Source: a virus
Lineage: Duplodnaviria > Caudoviricetes
Virus record (IMG/VR): IMGVR_UViG_3300027631_000028
Location: 1 to 53,408 of that record
Length of the DNA stretch: 53,408 nt
Strand: one strand, 5' to 3'
The position numbers were made by a program, and so were the translations under genes. Within the stretch, counting starts at the first letter, position 1, and each line of letters starts with the position of its first letter. Below are positions 30,301 to 39,837 of this stretch, in pieces. Below the pieces are notes generated by a model that searched no databases, was not told the DNA's origin, and was given only the letters and a program-made list of their open reading frames with translations.

Positions 30301-33300
30301 TTACTTTTCCAAACTTCACAAGCACCAAATAATTCACAATTTGTTGATAATTCTTCAGCAAGCAACCCAATTACCCGTTTTGGTAATACAACTCAAGGCA
30401 CATTTGCACCGTATGGAGCTAATTGGTCAACTTACTTTGATGGTACTGGAGATTGGATAACTGTAACTGCGGGCACACAGTGGCAATTTACTGGTGATTA
30501 CACTCTTGAGGCTTGGATTTATGTTACTGTGTTAACAGATGGATTAATATTTGGCACTGGCGGTTCGGGTTCCGCTGACCAGTTTGGTTACGCATCTGAT
30601 GGTCGCTTCTATTTTGCTAATGTATTAACTGCAACTGGTCTTATTACAACAAATAATTGGATTCATGTTGCAGCTTCAAGAAGCGGTACAACGCAAAAAC
30701 TATTTATAAATGGTGTAGTTCAGTTAACATCAACTATATCAGGCACAATTGGTCAAAATTTAGCTGGGTATATTGGTAGAAGGAACGACACTTATAGTCC
30801 AGTTAACGGTTACATTTCAAATTTACGTATTGTAAACGGCACTGCTCTTTACACAGCTAATTTTATTCCACAAATCACTCCATTAACACCTGTTACAAAT
30901 ACAGTACTATTAACTTGCCAATCAGCTGGATTTGTTGATAATAGTGCAAAGAATAATGTTGTGTCAAACGTTGGTGATACAAAAACACAACGCTTTTCAC
31001 CATACGGTGCAACGATTCAAACGCCACAGACTTATAGTGGGTATTTTGATGGGTCATGGGCCAACGTCAATAGTGGTGATTATTTAGCACTTAATGGTCA
31101 AGCTAATTTTGCTTTTGGTAGTAACAATTTTACGGTTGAAATGTGGGTATATGCAACGTCATTTTCAGCAAATGTTGTGTTTTATGACAGTAGGCCCGGA
31201 AATACAAGTGGAGCTTACGGAATTTTTTATTACGATACAGCAGGAATTGTTAATTGGAATGTTAATGCTTTAACAATTACTGGAACAGCAATAACACTTA
31301 ATACTTGGAATCATTTAGCGGTTTCAAGATCAGGAACTACTACTAAATTATTTATAAATGGTGCTCAAGCTGGAACTGCAACAGATACTAATAGCTATTT
31401 AAATGGAGCACTTGCTCCAACAATTGGTACAAGTGGATATTCAAGAGGTTCAAATTCTATGCAGGGGTACATTTCAAATGTACGTGTAGTTAACGGAACA
31501 GCAGTTTACACAACAACATTTACTCCTTCAATAACCCCATTAACAGCAATAGCAAATACTCAATTATTAACTTGCCAATCAACTACATTTGTTGATAACT
31601 CAACAAACGCATTTGCTATTACCACAGTTAACGAGCCAAGACTTCGTGCGTTCAATCCATTTGGTTACACAAACACACAAGGTTCAGCATATACTCCTGC
31701 GTTATACGGTAGTTCAGCATATTTTGATGGTACTGGGGATTGGTTAACAATACCTACCAATACAAACATCTCATTTGCCAGTACAGTTGCATTTACTGTA
31801 GAATTTTGGATGTATCCTACTGCATATGCAGTCGGTGGTGGTTTTAATGATGGTCGAGCTCTAGTATCGACATCCGGTACATATCCTGAAGGTTGGCGAA
31901 TAGAAATGGGTACTGCAAATCTAATTTTGTACTCATACACTAGCGGCACTACAATCACAACTCCTATATCAATTAATACATGGACGCATGTTGCTGTTAC
32001 TCATGACGGCACGACTAGTAAACTGTACAAAAATGGTATATTAGCTGGCAGCGCAGCAACTACTTGGTCTGCCGGAGTTTCCTCACCTTTTTACATTGGT
32101 GCTTTAAATTCAGGATCATACATACTTCCTTATTTAGGTTATATAAGCGATGTTAGATTAGTTAAAGGCACAGCAATATACACCTCAAACTTCGTACCAC
32201 CACAAGCACCACTAACAGCTACAACAGCTACCACACTCCTGCTCAACATGGACAAAGGTGCTCTTGTAGATTATACCAAGTCAGTTAATCTAGAAACTGT
32301 TGCTGATACTAAGATTAATAACGAAAGTGCCTATAACGGCGGTTATTATTCAAATTATTTTGATGGTAGTGGTGATACGTTTTCTACCCCCGCAGGTCTA
32401 AGTACCGCAATGGGCACAGGTTTTGCAGGCAATATTCTTTCTTTTGAGTGCTGGGTATTTCCACAAAACCATAACTTTAATGCAAATGCACAAATGATTG
32501 CAGGAGCATATGCAGCAGTTGCAGCAAATGGACGTTGGTATATTGGTTTTGATAAAACGGCTAATGCAACTACTCAATTAATATTTGGATGGACTATCAG
32601 CAGTGGTTCACAAACAGGTGTAACAACTACCGTATTTCCTATTACTCACGGTCAGTGGAATCATATTGCTGTAACCGTTGATGCTACCACAGCAGCTAGT
32701 AGTACTGTTAAATTGTTTGCAAATGGACTATTACTAAATACATTTACAGCACAAGATTTTTCTTCACAAACAGCGTACTGGCAACCTACGCAAATAGGAG
32801 GTTGTGGTTCTACTACTTATACTTCTGAGTTTCACGGATATATTTCAAATTTCAGGATTTTAAAAGGGTCACTGGCATATACTACAAACTATACTGTGCC
32901 AACTGCTCCATTAACAGCAATTACAAACACAGTGTTATTAACTTGTCAATCAAATACTTTTAAAGATAATTCAATTGGTACTTTTGCATTAACACGTAAT
33001 GGTGATGTTTCAGTTCGTTCATTTAACCCATTTCAACGTAATACTAAAACAAGTATGTATTTTGATGGTACTGGTGATTCTTTAAAAATTCCAAGTAGTG
33101 CCCAACACGCGTTAGGTACTAGCAATTTTACTATTGAAATGTGGGCATATAATAGTTCTACAACAAATAGACTACTTTCTTATGCAACAACAAACGCACC
33201 TATTATATATTTTAATGCTTCCAATTTCTTACTTTATGAAAACTATGGTGTTGGTACTGTTCTAACAAGTTCAATTGCAGTTCCATTAAATACATGGGCG

Positions 33301-33525
33301 CATATTGCAGTATGTAGATCAAGCGGAGTTACTAAAATTTTTATAAATGGGGTAGAAGGTGCTTCCGGGGCAGATACTAATAATTGGGGCCAAAACGGCA
33401 TTTATATTGGTGTTGATGTATCCACTACTTACATGACTGGGTATATTGACGATTTAAGAATTACCAGATATGCCCGCTATACCGCCAACTTTACTCCGCC
33501 CTCAACAAAGTGGCCATCTAATTAA
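27346..33525 (+). CDS. Giant adhesin: IPT/TIG + Ig-like + 8 LamG/ConA-like domains
   Basis: Eight repeats of YFDG.GD...FT.E.W...W.H.A...YI...RI..G.A.YT. Confidence 0.9.
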   Translation: MSIAAYLAKLSEGVNSSGILATSKGGTGTTSGGAFPTITSISYGGDNNDTATDTSGGRTVTITGANFAANATILINGVAAPVVSVVSASTITFTTPAMAAGTYVLYMVNADGSTAIAVPGISYSGVPAWSTAAGTVATITETTAISASLSATSNSAVTLSVLSGTLPPGAVFNSNGTISGTSAITASPTTYTFTVRATDTELQDTDRQFSIVINPEIVTFSNPTNGGTVLAYSNLYNTINLSAIGSAGNAISSYSANTLPAGLTLSGSTITGTAASVGTSSTTLTATTANTNKSTQITFNWSVTVSGDLYWKNTALLLSGTSTADSSLSDYLILNNQLVRIGDTRTSNFNPYQAGYYSNQFNGSGDYLTIPHNTQLNLSSGDFTIEAWVYWSGANASAEIVNKDGVSGSSYPSYAIAIASNKITFVVGSGNGTSSIQTITPASTTFPINTWTHVAGVRSGTTLTVYQNGVNVASATQTSTVTDGGKVVCIGFQTGQAASSYWGGSISNVRIVKGTAVYTANFTPSTTPLTAISGTTLLTCQSNQFRDAGPNNFAITTAGTPSIQQFNPFGVPATATTNNLYSAYLTSATDSRLTVPAGTAFAYGTGDFTVECWFFVPDMTGSSIRIIFSQTVSGTNYFVMGPQSSGSVLTGKITFTGVGSGGGTEIVSGSNLFTAGTWNHAAVCRVSGTVTVYLNGVGGTPTANATDFSNTSYVPTIGGYTHVSTGYNINGYLSNFRVVKGTAVYTSNFTPATANLTAIAGTSLLTFQDATIKDNSASALTITNVGTARLVAQSPFTQTTSTISLNSVGSTYFDGTGDAAYIAGDGNVVNFGNGNYTVEAWIYTTTGFCIMDTCPGGLATPTNRIQFNINADASVSYITYQGNVTLIMSATGLAPLRQWNHVALVKSNSQTRIYVNGVQGGSTYADTLTMPSQGNRPFIMGNGYDGGQGGTGYISNYRITKGTAIYTTPFAPPTAPLTAVNSTQALLFQTSQAPNNSQFVDNSSASNPITRFGNTTQGTFAPYGANWSTYFDGTGDWITVTAGTQWQFTGDYTLEAWIYVTVLTDGLIFGTGGSGSADQFGYASDGRFYFANVLTATGLITTNNWIHVAASRSGTTQKLFINGVVQLTSTISGTIGQNLAGYIGRRNDTYSPVNGYISNLRIVNGTALYTANFIPQITPLTPVTNTVLLTCQSAGFVDNSAKNNVVSNVGDTKTQRFSPYGATIQTPQTYSGYFDGSWANVNSGDYLALNGQANFAFGSNNFTVEMWVYATSFSANVVFYDSRPGNTSGAYGIFYYDTAGIVNWNVNALTITGTAITLNTWNHLAVSRSGTTTKLFINGAQAGTATDTNSYLNGALAPTIGTSGYSRGSNSMQGYISNVRVVNGTAVYTTTFTPSITPLTAIANTQLLTCQSTTFVDNSTNAFAITTVNEPRLRAFNPFGYTNTQGSAYTPALYGSSAYFDGTGDWLTIPTNTNISFASTVAFTVEFWMYPTAYAVGGGFNDGRALVSTSGTYPEGWRIEMGTANLILYSYTSGTTITTPISINTWTHVAVTHDGTTSKLYKNGILAGSAATTWSAGVSSPFYIGALNSGSYILPYLGYISDVRLVKGTAIYTSNFVPPQAPLTATTATTLLLNMDKGALVDYTKSVNLETVADTKINNESAYNGGYYSNYFDGSGDTFSTPAGLSTAMGTGFAGNILSFECWVFPQNHNFNANAQMIAGAYAAVAANGRWYIGFDKTANATTQLIFGWTISSGSQTGVTTTVFPITHGQWNHIAVTVDATTAASSTVKLFANGLLLNTFTAQDFSSQTAYWQPTQIGGCGSTTYTSEFHGYISNFRILKGSLAYTTNYTVPTAPLTAITNTVLLTCQSNTFKDNSIGTFALTRNGDVSVRSFNPFQRNTKTSMYFDGTGDSLKIPSSAQHALGTSNFTIEMWAYNSSTTNRLLSYATTNAPIIYFNASNFLLYENYGVGTVLTSSIAVPLNTWAHIAVCRSSGVTKIFINGVEGASGADTNNWGQNGIYIGVDVSTTYMTGYIDDLRITRYARYTANFTPPSTKWPSN

Positions 33526-33534
33526 GGAATATCA

Positions 33535-36500
33535 ATGAGTATCGCAAAATATTTAGCTAAATTAGCACAAGGCGTAGATGCTAGTGGTCAATTAAGTAAT
33601 ACCAAAATATCGGGGGGATATGATTCAACCCCTACTATTGCTAGTATTGCTTATCCAGGAGACGATACAGCAACTGATCCAGCTGGCGGGCAAACTATTA
33701 CCTTAACAGGTAATAACTTTGCCAATGGCGCTCAGGTTATCATTAACGGAGTAACTGCAAGTGTTGTAACAGTTGTGTCAACAACTCAGCTTACATTCAC
33801 AGCACCAGCTATTGCAGCTGGTAGCTATATATTGTATGTAGTAAACACTAATGGTGGTACTGCTATTGCGGCTCCTGGTATTCAGTATTCTGCATTACCT
33901 GTATTCTCCACAGCAGCCGGTACCTTGGGTACTTTGTATGAAACACAAGCAGTTAGTGCTATTACTACTGCTACTAGTGATTCTGCTATTACTTACTACT
34001 TACAAAGCGGAACTTTACCTCCTGGTATTACACTAAACAGTGCGTCTGGTATTATCAGCGGCAGTAGTTCTGCTACTGCCGCTTCAACTACTTATACATT
34101 TACAGTTCGTGCAACTGACGGTCAACAACAAGACGGAATTCGTCAATTTTCACTAACTATTAATCCTGACATTATTACATGGACTAATCCAACACAAGGT
34201 AGTACATTAAGTGCTTTTCAAGGCGTTGCAACAACGATTCCAGTTACAACCGCCACAGGCACAGGCACTAACGTAGCTTATTCAGCTACTAATACTCCTC
34301 CCGGCATGGCACTTGCCGGTGATATATTTACAGGCACGCCAACTACCATTGGTAATACCAGTGCTACACTAACTGGTACAACAATTGCTACCTCACGTAC
34401 TGCACAAATTAATTTTACTTGGTCTATTAGCGTACAAGGCGATTTATACTGGCCACAAACCACAGTTTTATTTCAAGGCACTGCTACAAGTGGTGTAGAT
34501 CATTTTGTGTCTGATGCTAGTAACAACAATAATTTAGTTACCATAGTAGGCGATACTCGCCCTAGCAAACAAAATCCTTATCAAGCTGGTTACTATTCCA
34601 ATCAATTTAGCTCAGGACAAACAAACTATATCCAAACAACAATCCAAGCAATGGCTGCTAATTTCACAGTAGAATGTTGGGTTTACTTAACAAGTTTACC
34701 AAACAGTGGTGTTATTATCGGACAAACTTGGGAATTATGGATTAATACTAGTAATCAAGTTGTTTACTATACACCAGCAGCAGTAAGAATAACAACATCT
34801 CTTACTGTTCCATTAAACGCATGGACACACGTAGCATTAGTGCGTAGTTCCGGTGTTGCTAAAATTTATATTAATGGTGTTGCTGATGCGGCAACTTATA
34901 CAGATTCTGGAACTGTAGGTGCTGCAGAAACTACTTATATTGGACGCGATCCCGGCGCATCAGGTGGATTTAATGGTAATATAAGTAACTTACGCATTGT
35001 AAACGGAACTGCCGTTTACACAGCTAACTTTACACCTTCAACAACGCCACTAGCCGCAATCAGTGGTACAACTCTATTAACGTGCCAAGCTAATCGTTTT
35101 GTTGATGCTGGTATAAACAATTACGCAGTTACTCGTACAGGTACACCAACCGTACAACCCTTCAACCCATTTGGCGTTCCTGCAACTGCTAACATAAACA
35201 CTAGATACAGCACGTACTTTGATGGTACAGGCGATTATATAAGTGCTACACCAGCCGCCATTGGCACCGCAGAATTTGGCATAGAAGGTTGGTTTTATAC
35301 ATCCGACGTATCTGTAGGTAAATATATTGTTTCATTGGGTTTTAATAGCAATAATAGTTTATTTTTTGCTGTACAGTCTGGTAAAGTAGAGTTTACTGTA
35401 CAAGACAATGCAGGAGCATTTCCACTTAATAATGTTAATATTGGCACACCCATTGCTAATACTTGGAACTATTTTTATGTTGGTCGCGGAGTAACTACGT
35501 CAGGAACTGCTACTTGGTACTATGGTTTAAACGGTACTGTTAGTAGTCAAGTAGCTGCTAGTCCAACATTTCCTAGCCGAAACTTTGAGGTAGGATATGC
35601 ACCCACACGTGCGTTAGGAGCTGCTTATTTTAATGGTTATATTTCAAATGTCCGCTTAACAGTTGGCAGTACACCTTATACTGCCAGTTTTACACCATCA
35701 ACCACACCATTAACAGCAGTTACAAACACTCAATTACTACTTTGCCAGAGTTCTACTCTGCGTGACAATTCCACAAACGCATCGGTGGTTACAAGTTTTG
35801 GCGACGCACGCCCTGTGGCACACAGTCCATTTACACAAACAACTAACTCAGTTGCATTAGCTACTGTAGGCAGTACCTACTTTGATGGTACTGGAGATTA
35901 TTTAACTACGGGTATTCCTGCTATTGGCACAAGTGATTTTACTGTTGAATATTACTCTTATTTGACCGCACATTCAGGACTTAACGGTGAGAATGCATAT
36001 TTTCAAACTTCAGATACAGTAGGCGGGCTTAAAACAACATATACTACTGGAATTCTGCTAACAAGATCATCCCCCGGTACCGGTCAAGTACTTTCATTAT
36101 ATATTATTGGTACTAGTATTTTTACAACATATACGCCTCCTTTAAATCAGTGGTTTCATACAGCCATTGTGCGACAAAGCGGCAGTGTACGTGTTTATGT
36201 AAATGGCGTTTTAGTTTCAACACCCACAGCTGTTGCAGGTAGTATTACAGGAACATATATTTCAATAGGTGGAGGTATAAGTACTAGTTATTTAATGACT
36301 GGTTATGTTAACGATTTTAGATTAATAAATGGTACATGTATTTATACAGCTAACTTTGACGTACCAACTCAACCACTAACAGCTGTCGCAAACACACAAT
36401 TATTAACATGCCAAACATGGCAACCCACAAACAACAGCATGGCCGTTGATAACGGACCAGGTGCATGGCTAGCTACTCGTTCAGGAAATGTCTCACAAAG

Positions 36501-39500
36501 TTCATTTAGCCCGTACGGTAGTGGACATAGCATGTATTTTAATGGCGGTGGCGGTAGTGGTTATTTATTACCTAATGGCTTATATTCAAAAACAGGTAAT
36601 GTTAACAGCGGAAGCATAAATCTTCCGGGCGCGTTTACTTTTGAGTGCTGGGTTTATTTAACTGCTGGTGGCAGACATTGTATGATGGGTAGTCCAAATG
36701 GTTGGGCTTATTCAACCGATTGGGGTATTGCCATTTTGGACACTACAAATGGAGCTAGTACTAGTTATAATCCTGGTTTTTGTTTTATACGAACAGGTAC
36801 TAGTGGATATGGTAGTAACTTTCTATATGCCACAAATTTTGGTTACCCAACACTAAATACTTGGCATCATCTTGCTATGTGTCGCGATTCAAGCAATCAA
36901 TGGCATATGTATATGGATGGTGTAAAAGGCATAAATGCTAATCTTAATTCTATTGTTCATAGTTATGTACAATATGACGCTAACAGTGGTCCAAGCGGAA
37001 CACTTGTTTTCTATCCTGCTGTAGCTAATTTAAATGGTATAATTGGTGGAGGTAACGGTACTGCAGCTCCTTCTGGTTTTAATGGTTATATCAGTGATAT
37101 GCGTTTAGTTAATGGTACTGCACTTTATACAGGTGCTTCATTAACAATGCCAACTCAGCCTCTAACACCTATTGCAGGTACAGTTATACTAACTGCTCAA
37201 GACGACAAGTTTACAAACTTTGCTGATGACAAAGGAGTTAGGTATACTCATGAATACGCTAGTGTTAATAATTTTCGTGCAGAAAAGTTTAGTAAATTTA
37301 ATACTGCAGACTCTCCAAAATTACCTATTAGTTATTCAAATTACTTTGACGGTACAGGCGATTACTTAAGTACTGCAGTATCAACAAGCACACCTGGTTG
37401 GAATCTTATGGCTCCAAGTGGTAGTGGTGGTGGTAGCATAGAAGCTTGGATTTATGTAAACAGTGCTACTAGTCGTATTATATGTGGTTGTTTAAATATT
37501 GGCGCATCTTATACTGGATGGCATCTTAGCATAAGTGCTACAGGACAACTAGCCATAAACGGATATATTGCAGGAAATAATGTACCACCTGCAATTAATT
37601 CTGGTGCTGGTTTAGTTGCCTTAAACACATGGACACATATTGCTGTTAGTTGTGTAAGTGGAGTAGTTACTTTTTATATTAATGGCGTTGCTTATAATAG
37701 CGCAAATCCAATAGGATCTACTTGGCAAATTAATAACACAGCTACTGCTACTATGGTTGGTGACGCTTATACTCCTTGGAACACACCGTTTTTAGGCTAT
37801 ATTAGTAATTTACGCATGGTTAATAATACTGCGGTATATACTGGCGCAGGACTAACAGTTCCGACGATACCACTAACAAGCACAGCAAACACAACACTGT
37901 TAACTTGTCAAGACGCTACCCTCAAAGACAATTCTCAAAATGCTTATGCCATAACGGCTTTTGGTAATGCAATGCCTGCACTAGCAAATCCATTTGGATT
38001 TACTGTAACTACTGGAACTCAATTTACTCCTCAAACCAAAGTTGGTTCAGCATTTTTTGACGGAACTGGTGATTGGTTAACTGTTCCACATAATCCCGCA
38101 CTAGATCTTAATTCAGATCGTTGGACTATTGAGTGTTGGGTTAATCCTACTGCAACTACTGAAGGCCATATTATTGGTAAACGTACAGGTGCCGGTATAT
38201 ACGGACCAGTGACTATTGCTTATAGAAATCAAAAATTACTAATACTTGGATCAAGCAATGGTTCTAGTTGGAGTTATAATGCTAGTGCAGTTGACGGCGT
38301 AACCCCAGTAACACCTGGTTGGTGGACACATATTGCTGTAGTTAAAAATGGTACAACAATTTCTTCTTATGTAAACGGTAAACTTGACCAAAACTTTACT
38401 TCTGTTCCTACATTAGTAACTAATAATCATGGACTAGCAATAGGTGCAGGTGCTACAGATGGATCATATCCTTTTGTGGGTTACATTTCAAACCTTCGTG
38501 TTATAAAAGGCGAAGCACTTTATCTTCAAGCGTTCTCTCCTCCAACTCAACCACCTGTTGCAAACAAAAACACAGTTTTACAAATGGACATGGACAAAGC
38601 ACCAATTGTTGATGCTACATCAAGTCGTCCTGCTGAAACCGTTGGTGATGCTAGATTAATTACTGAAAGTGCTTATAACACTACTTACTATTCAAATTAC
38701 TTTGATGGTACTGGTGATTACCTTGATACTCCAAGTTCTACTGCATTGGCTTTTGGTACCGGAGATTGGGAATATAGTTTTTGGTATAACGCAATATCTA
38801 CATCTGGATATTTGTTTGATACTCGCACAGGCAGTGCTACAGGTCTTACTGTTTACTATGCTTCTGGTGCATATTCGGTTTATGTAAATAGTTCCACTGT
38901 AATTACTGGTACCGATACAGCTAAAAATACTTGGCACTATCTAACTCTAAGCAAAGTATCTGGATTAACTCGTTTATTTGTTGATGGTACACAAATTGGT
39001 TCAACGTATACGGATGCAAATAACTATGTAAGTGGAACAATTCGACTTGGTTGCAGATTTACAACTATAACAGATATCCCTTTTAATGGTTGGATATCTA
39101 ATTTTAAAGTTGTTAAAGGCACTGGAGTTGCTACTCAAACGGTGCCCACTGTTCCAGCAACACCAACTACAAATACTCAACTATTAACCTGCCAATCAAA
39201 CCGTTTTATTGATAACTCGGTTAATAACCTCGCAATTACTCGTACTGGTGACGTAGTAGTCCGTTCAGTTAACCCGTTTAAACGCAATACTCAAACAAGT
39301 ATGTATTTTGATGGTACTGGTGATTACATGTACACTCCACTAAATGCTTCATATGGCATTGGTAGTGCTAAAGATTTTACTATAGAAGCGTGGGTATGTC
39401 CACTTTCAAGTGGAACAACTCGCGGAATATTTCAAGTATCTGCAACTGCTGGTGGACTGCAAGCTTCAGTATCTACTACTCTTGGTATAGGATTTGTTTC

Positions 39501-39828
39501 AACTACTGGAGTAGAGATATATGCAAATGGAACTTATTATAATACATCCACTAATAAGTTAACAGTTGGTGCATGGTCACACGTTGCACTTGTTCGGTTA
39601 AGTGGAGTAACTAAATTGTATATTAACGGTGTGCTAGAAACAAGTATAGGTACAGCAGGTTCTATCGCAGATACAACTGCTTATCCTAATACAAGTTTAG
39701 CAGTTGGTGGATACTACGGTACAAGTAATTTGTGGCATGGTTACATAGAAGACTTCCGTATAACCAAAGATGCTGCTCGTTATACGGGTACGTTTACACC
39801 TCCAGCATTTAAACTTGCTAACAGATAA
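33535..39828 (+). CDS. Giant adhesin paralog: IPT/TIG + Ig-like + 8 LamG/ConA-like domains
   Basis: Same domain order and linkers as the 27346 protein. Confidence 0.9.
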   Translation: MSIAKYLAKLAQGVDASGQLSNTKISGGYDSTPTIASIAYPGDDTATDPAGGQTITLTGNNFANGAQVIINGVTASVVTVVSTTQLTFTAPAIAAGSYILYVVNTNGGTAIAAPGIQYSALPVFSTAAGTLGTLYETQAVSAITTATSDSAITYYLQSGTLPPGITLNSASGIISGSSSATAASTTYTFTVRATDGQQQDGIRQFSLTINPDIITWTNPTQGSTLSAFQGVATTIPVTTATGTGTNVAYSATNTPPGMALAGDIFTGTPTTIGNTSATLTGTTIATSRTAQINFTWSISVQGDLYWPQTTVLFQGTATSGVDHFVSDASNNNNLVTIVGDTRPSKQNPYQAGYYSNQFSSGQTNYIQTTIQAMAANFTVECWVYLTSLPNSGVIIGQTWELWINTSNQVVYYTPAAVRITTSLTVPLNAWTHVALVRSSGVAKIYINGVADAATYTDSGTVGAAETTYIGRDPGASGGFNGNISNLRIVNGTAVYTANFTPSTTPLAAISGTTLLTCQANRFVDAGINNYAVTRTGTPTVQPFNPFGVPATANINTRYSTYFDGTGDYISATPAAIGTAEFGIEGWFYTSDVSVGKYIVSLGFNSNNSLFFAVQSGKVEFTVQDNAGAFPLNNVNIGTPIANTWNYFYVGRGVTTSGTATWYYGLNGTVSSQVAASPTFPSRNFEVGYAPTRALGAAYFNGYISNVRLTVGSTPYTASFTPSTTPLTAVTNTQLLLCQSSTLRDNSTNASVVTSFGDARPVAHSPFTQTTNSVALATVGSTYFDGTGDYLTTGIPAIGTSDFTVEYYSYLTAHSGLNGENAYFQTSDTVGGLKTTYTTGILLTRSSPGTGQVLSLYIIGTSIFTTYTPPLNQWFHTAIVRQSGSVRVYVNGVLVSTPTAVAGSITGTYISIGGGISTSYLMTGYVNDFRLINGTCIYTANFDVPTQPLTAVANTQLLTCQTWQPTNNSMAVDNGPGAWLATRSGNVSQSSFSPYGSGHSMYFNGGGGSGYLLPNGLYSKTGNVNSGSINLPGAFTFECWVYLTAGGRHCMMGSPNGWAYSTDWGIAILDTTNGASTSYNPGFCFIRTGTSGYGSNFLYATNFGYPTLNTWHHLAMCRDSSNQWHMYMDGVKGINANLNSIVHSYVQYDANSGPSGTLVFYPAVANLNGIIGGGNGTAAPSGFNGYISDMRLVNGTALYTGASLTMPTQPLTPIAGTVILTAQDDKFTNFADDKGVRYTHEYASVNNFRAEKFSKFNTADSPKLPISYSNYFDGTGDYLSTAVSTSTPGWNLMAPSGSGGGSIEAWIYVNSATSRIICGCLNIGASYTGWHLSISATGQLAINGYIAGNNVPPAINSGAGLVALNTWTHIAVSCVSGVVTFYINGVAYNSANPIGSTWQINNTATATMVGDAYTPWNTPFLGYISNLRMVNNTAVYTGAGLTVPTIPLTSTANTTLLTCQDATLKDNSQNAYAITAFGNAMPALANPFGFTVTTGTQFTPQTKVGSAFFDGTGDWLTVPHNPALDLNSDRWTIECWVNPTATTEGHIIGKRTGAGIYGPVTIAYRNQKLLILGSSNGSSWSYNASAVDGVTPVTPGWWTHIAVVKNGTTISSYVNGKLDQNFTSVPTLVTNNHGLAIGAGATDGSYPFVGYISNLRVIKGEALYLQAFSPPTQPPVANKNTVLQMDMDKAPIVDATSSRPAETVGDARLITESAYNTTYYSNYFDGTGDYLDTPSSTALAFGTGDWEYSFWYNAISTSGYLFDTRTGSATGLTVYYASGAYSVYVNSSTVITGTDTAKNTWHYLTLSKVSGLTRLFVDGTQIGSTYTDANNYVSGTIRLGCRFTTITDIPFNGWISNFKVVKGTGVATQTVPTVPATPTTNTQLLTCQSNRFIDNSVNNLAITRTGDVVVRSVNPFKRNTQTSMYFDGTGDYMYTPLNASYGIGSAKDFTIEAWVCPLSSGTTRGIFQVSATAGGLQASVSTTLGIGFVSTTGVEIYANGTYYNTSTNKLTVGAWSHVALVRLSGVTKLYINGVLETSIGTAGSIADTTAYPNTSLAVGGYYGTSNLWHGYIEDFRITKDAARYTGTFTPPAFKLANR

Positions 39829-39837
39829 AGGGAAATT

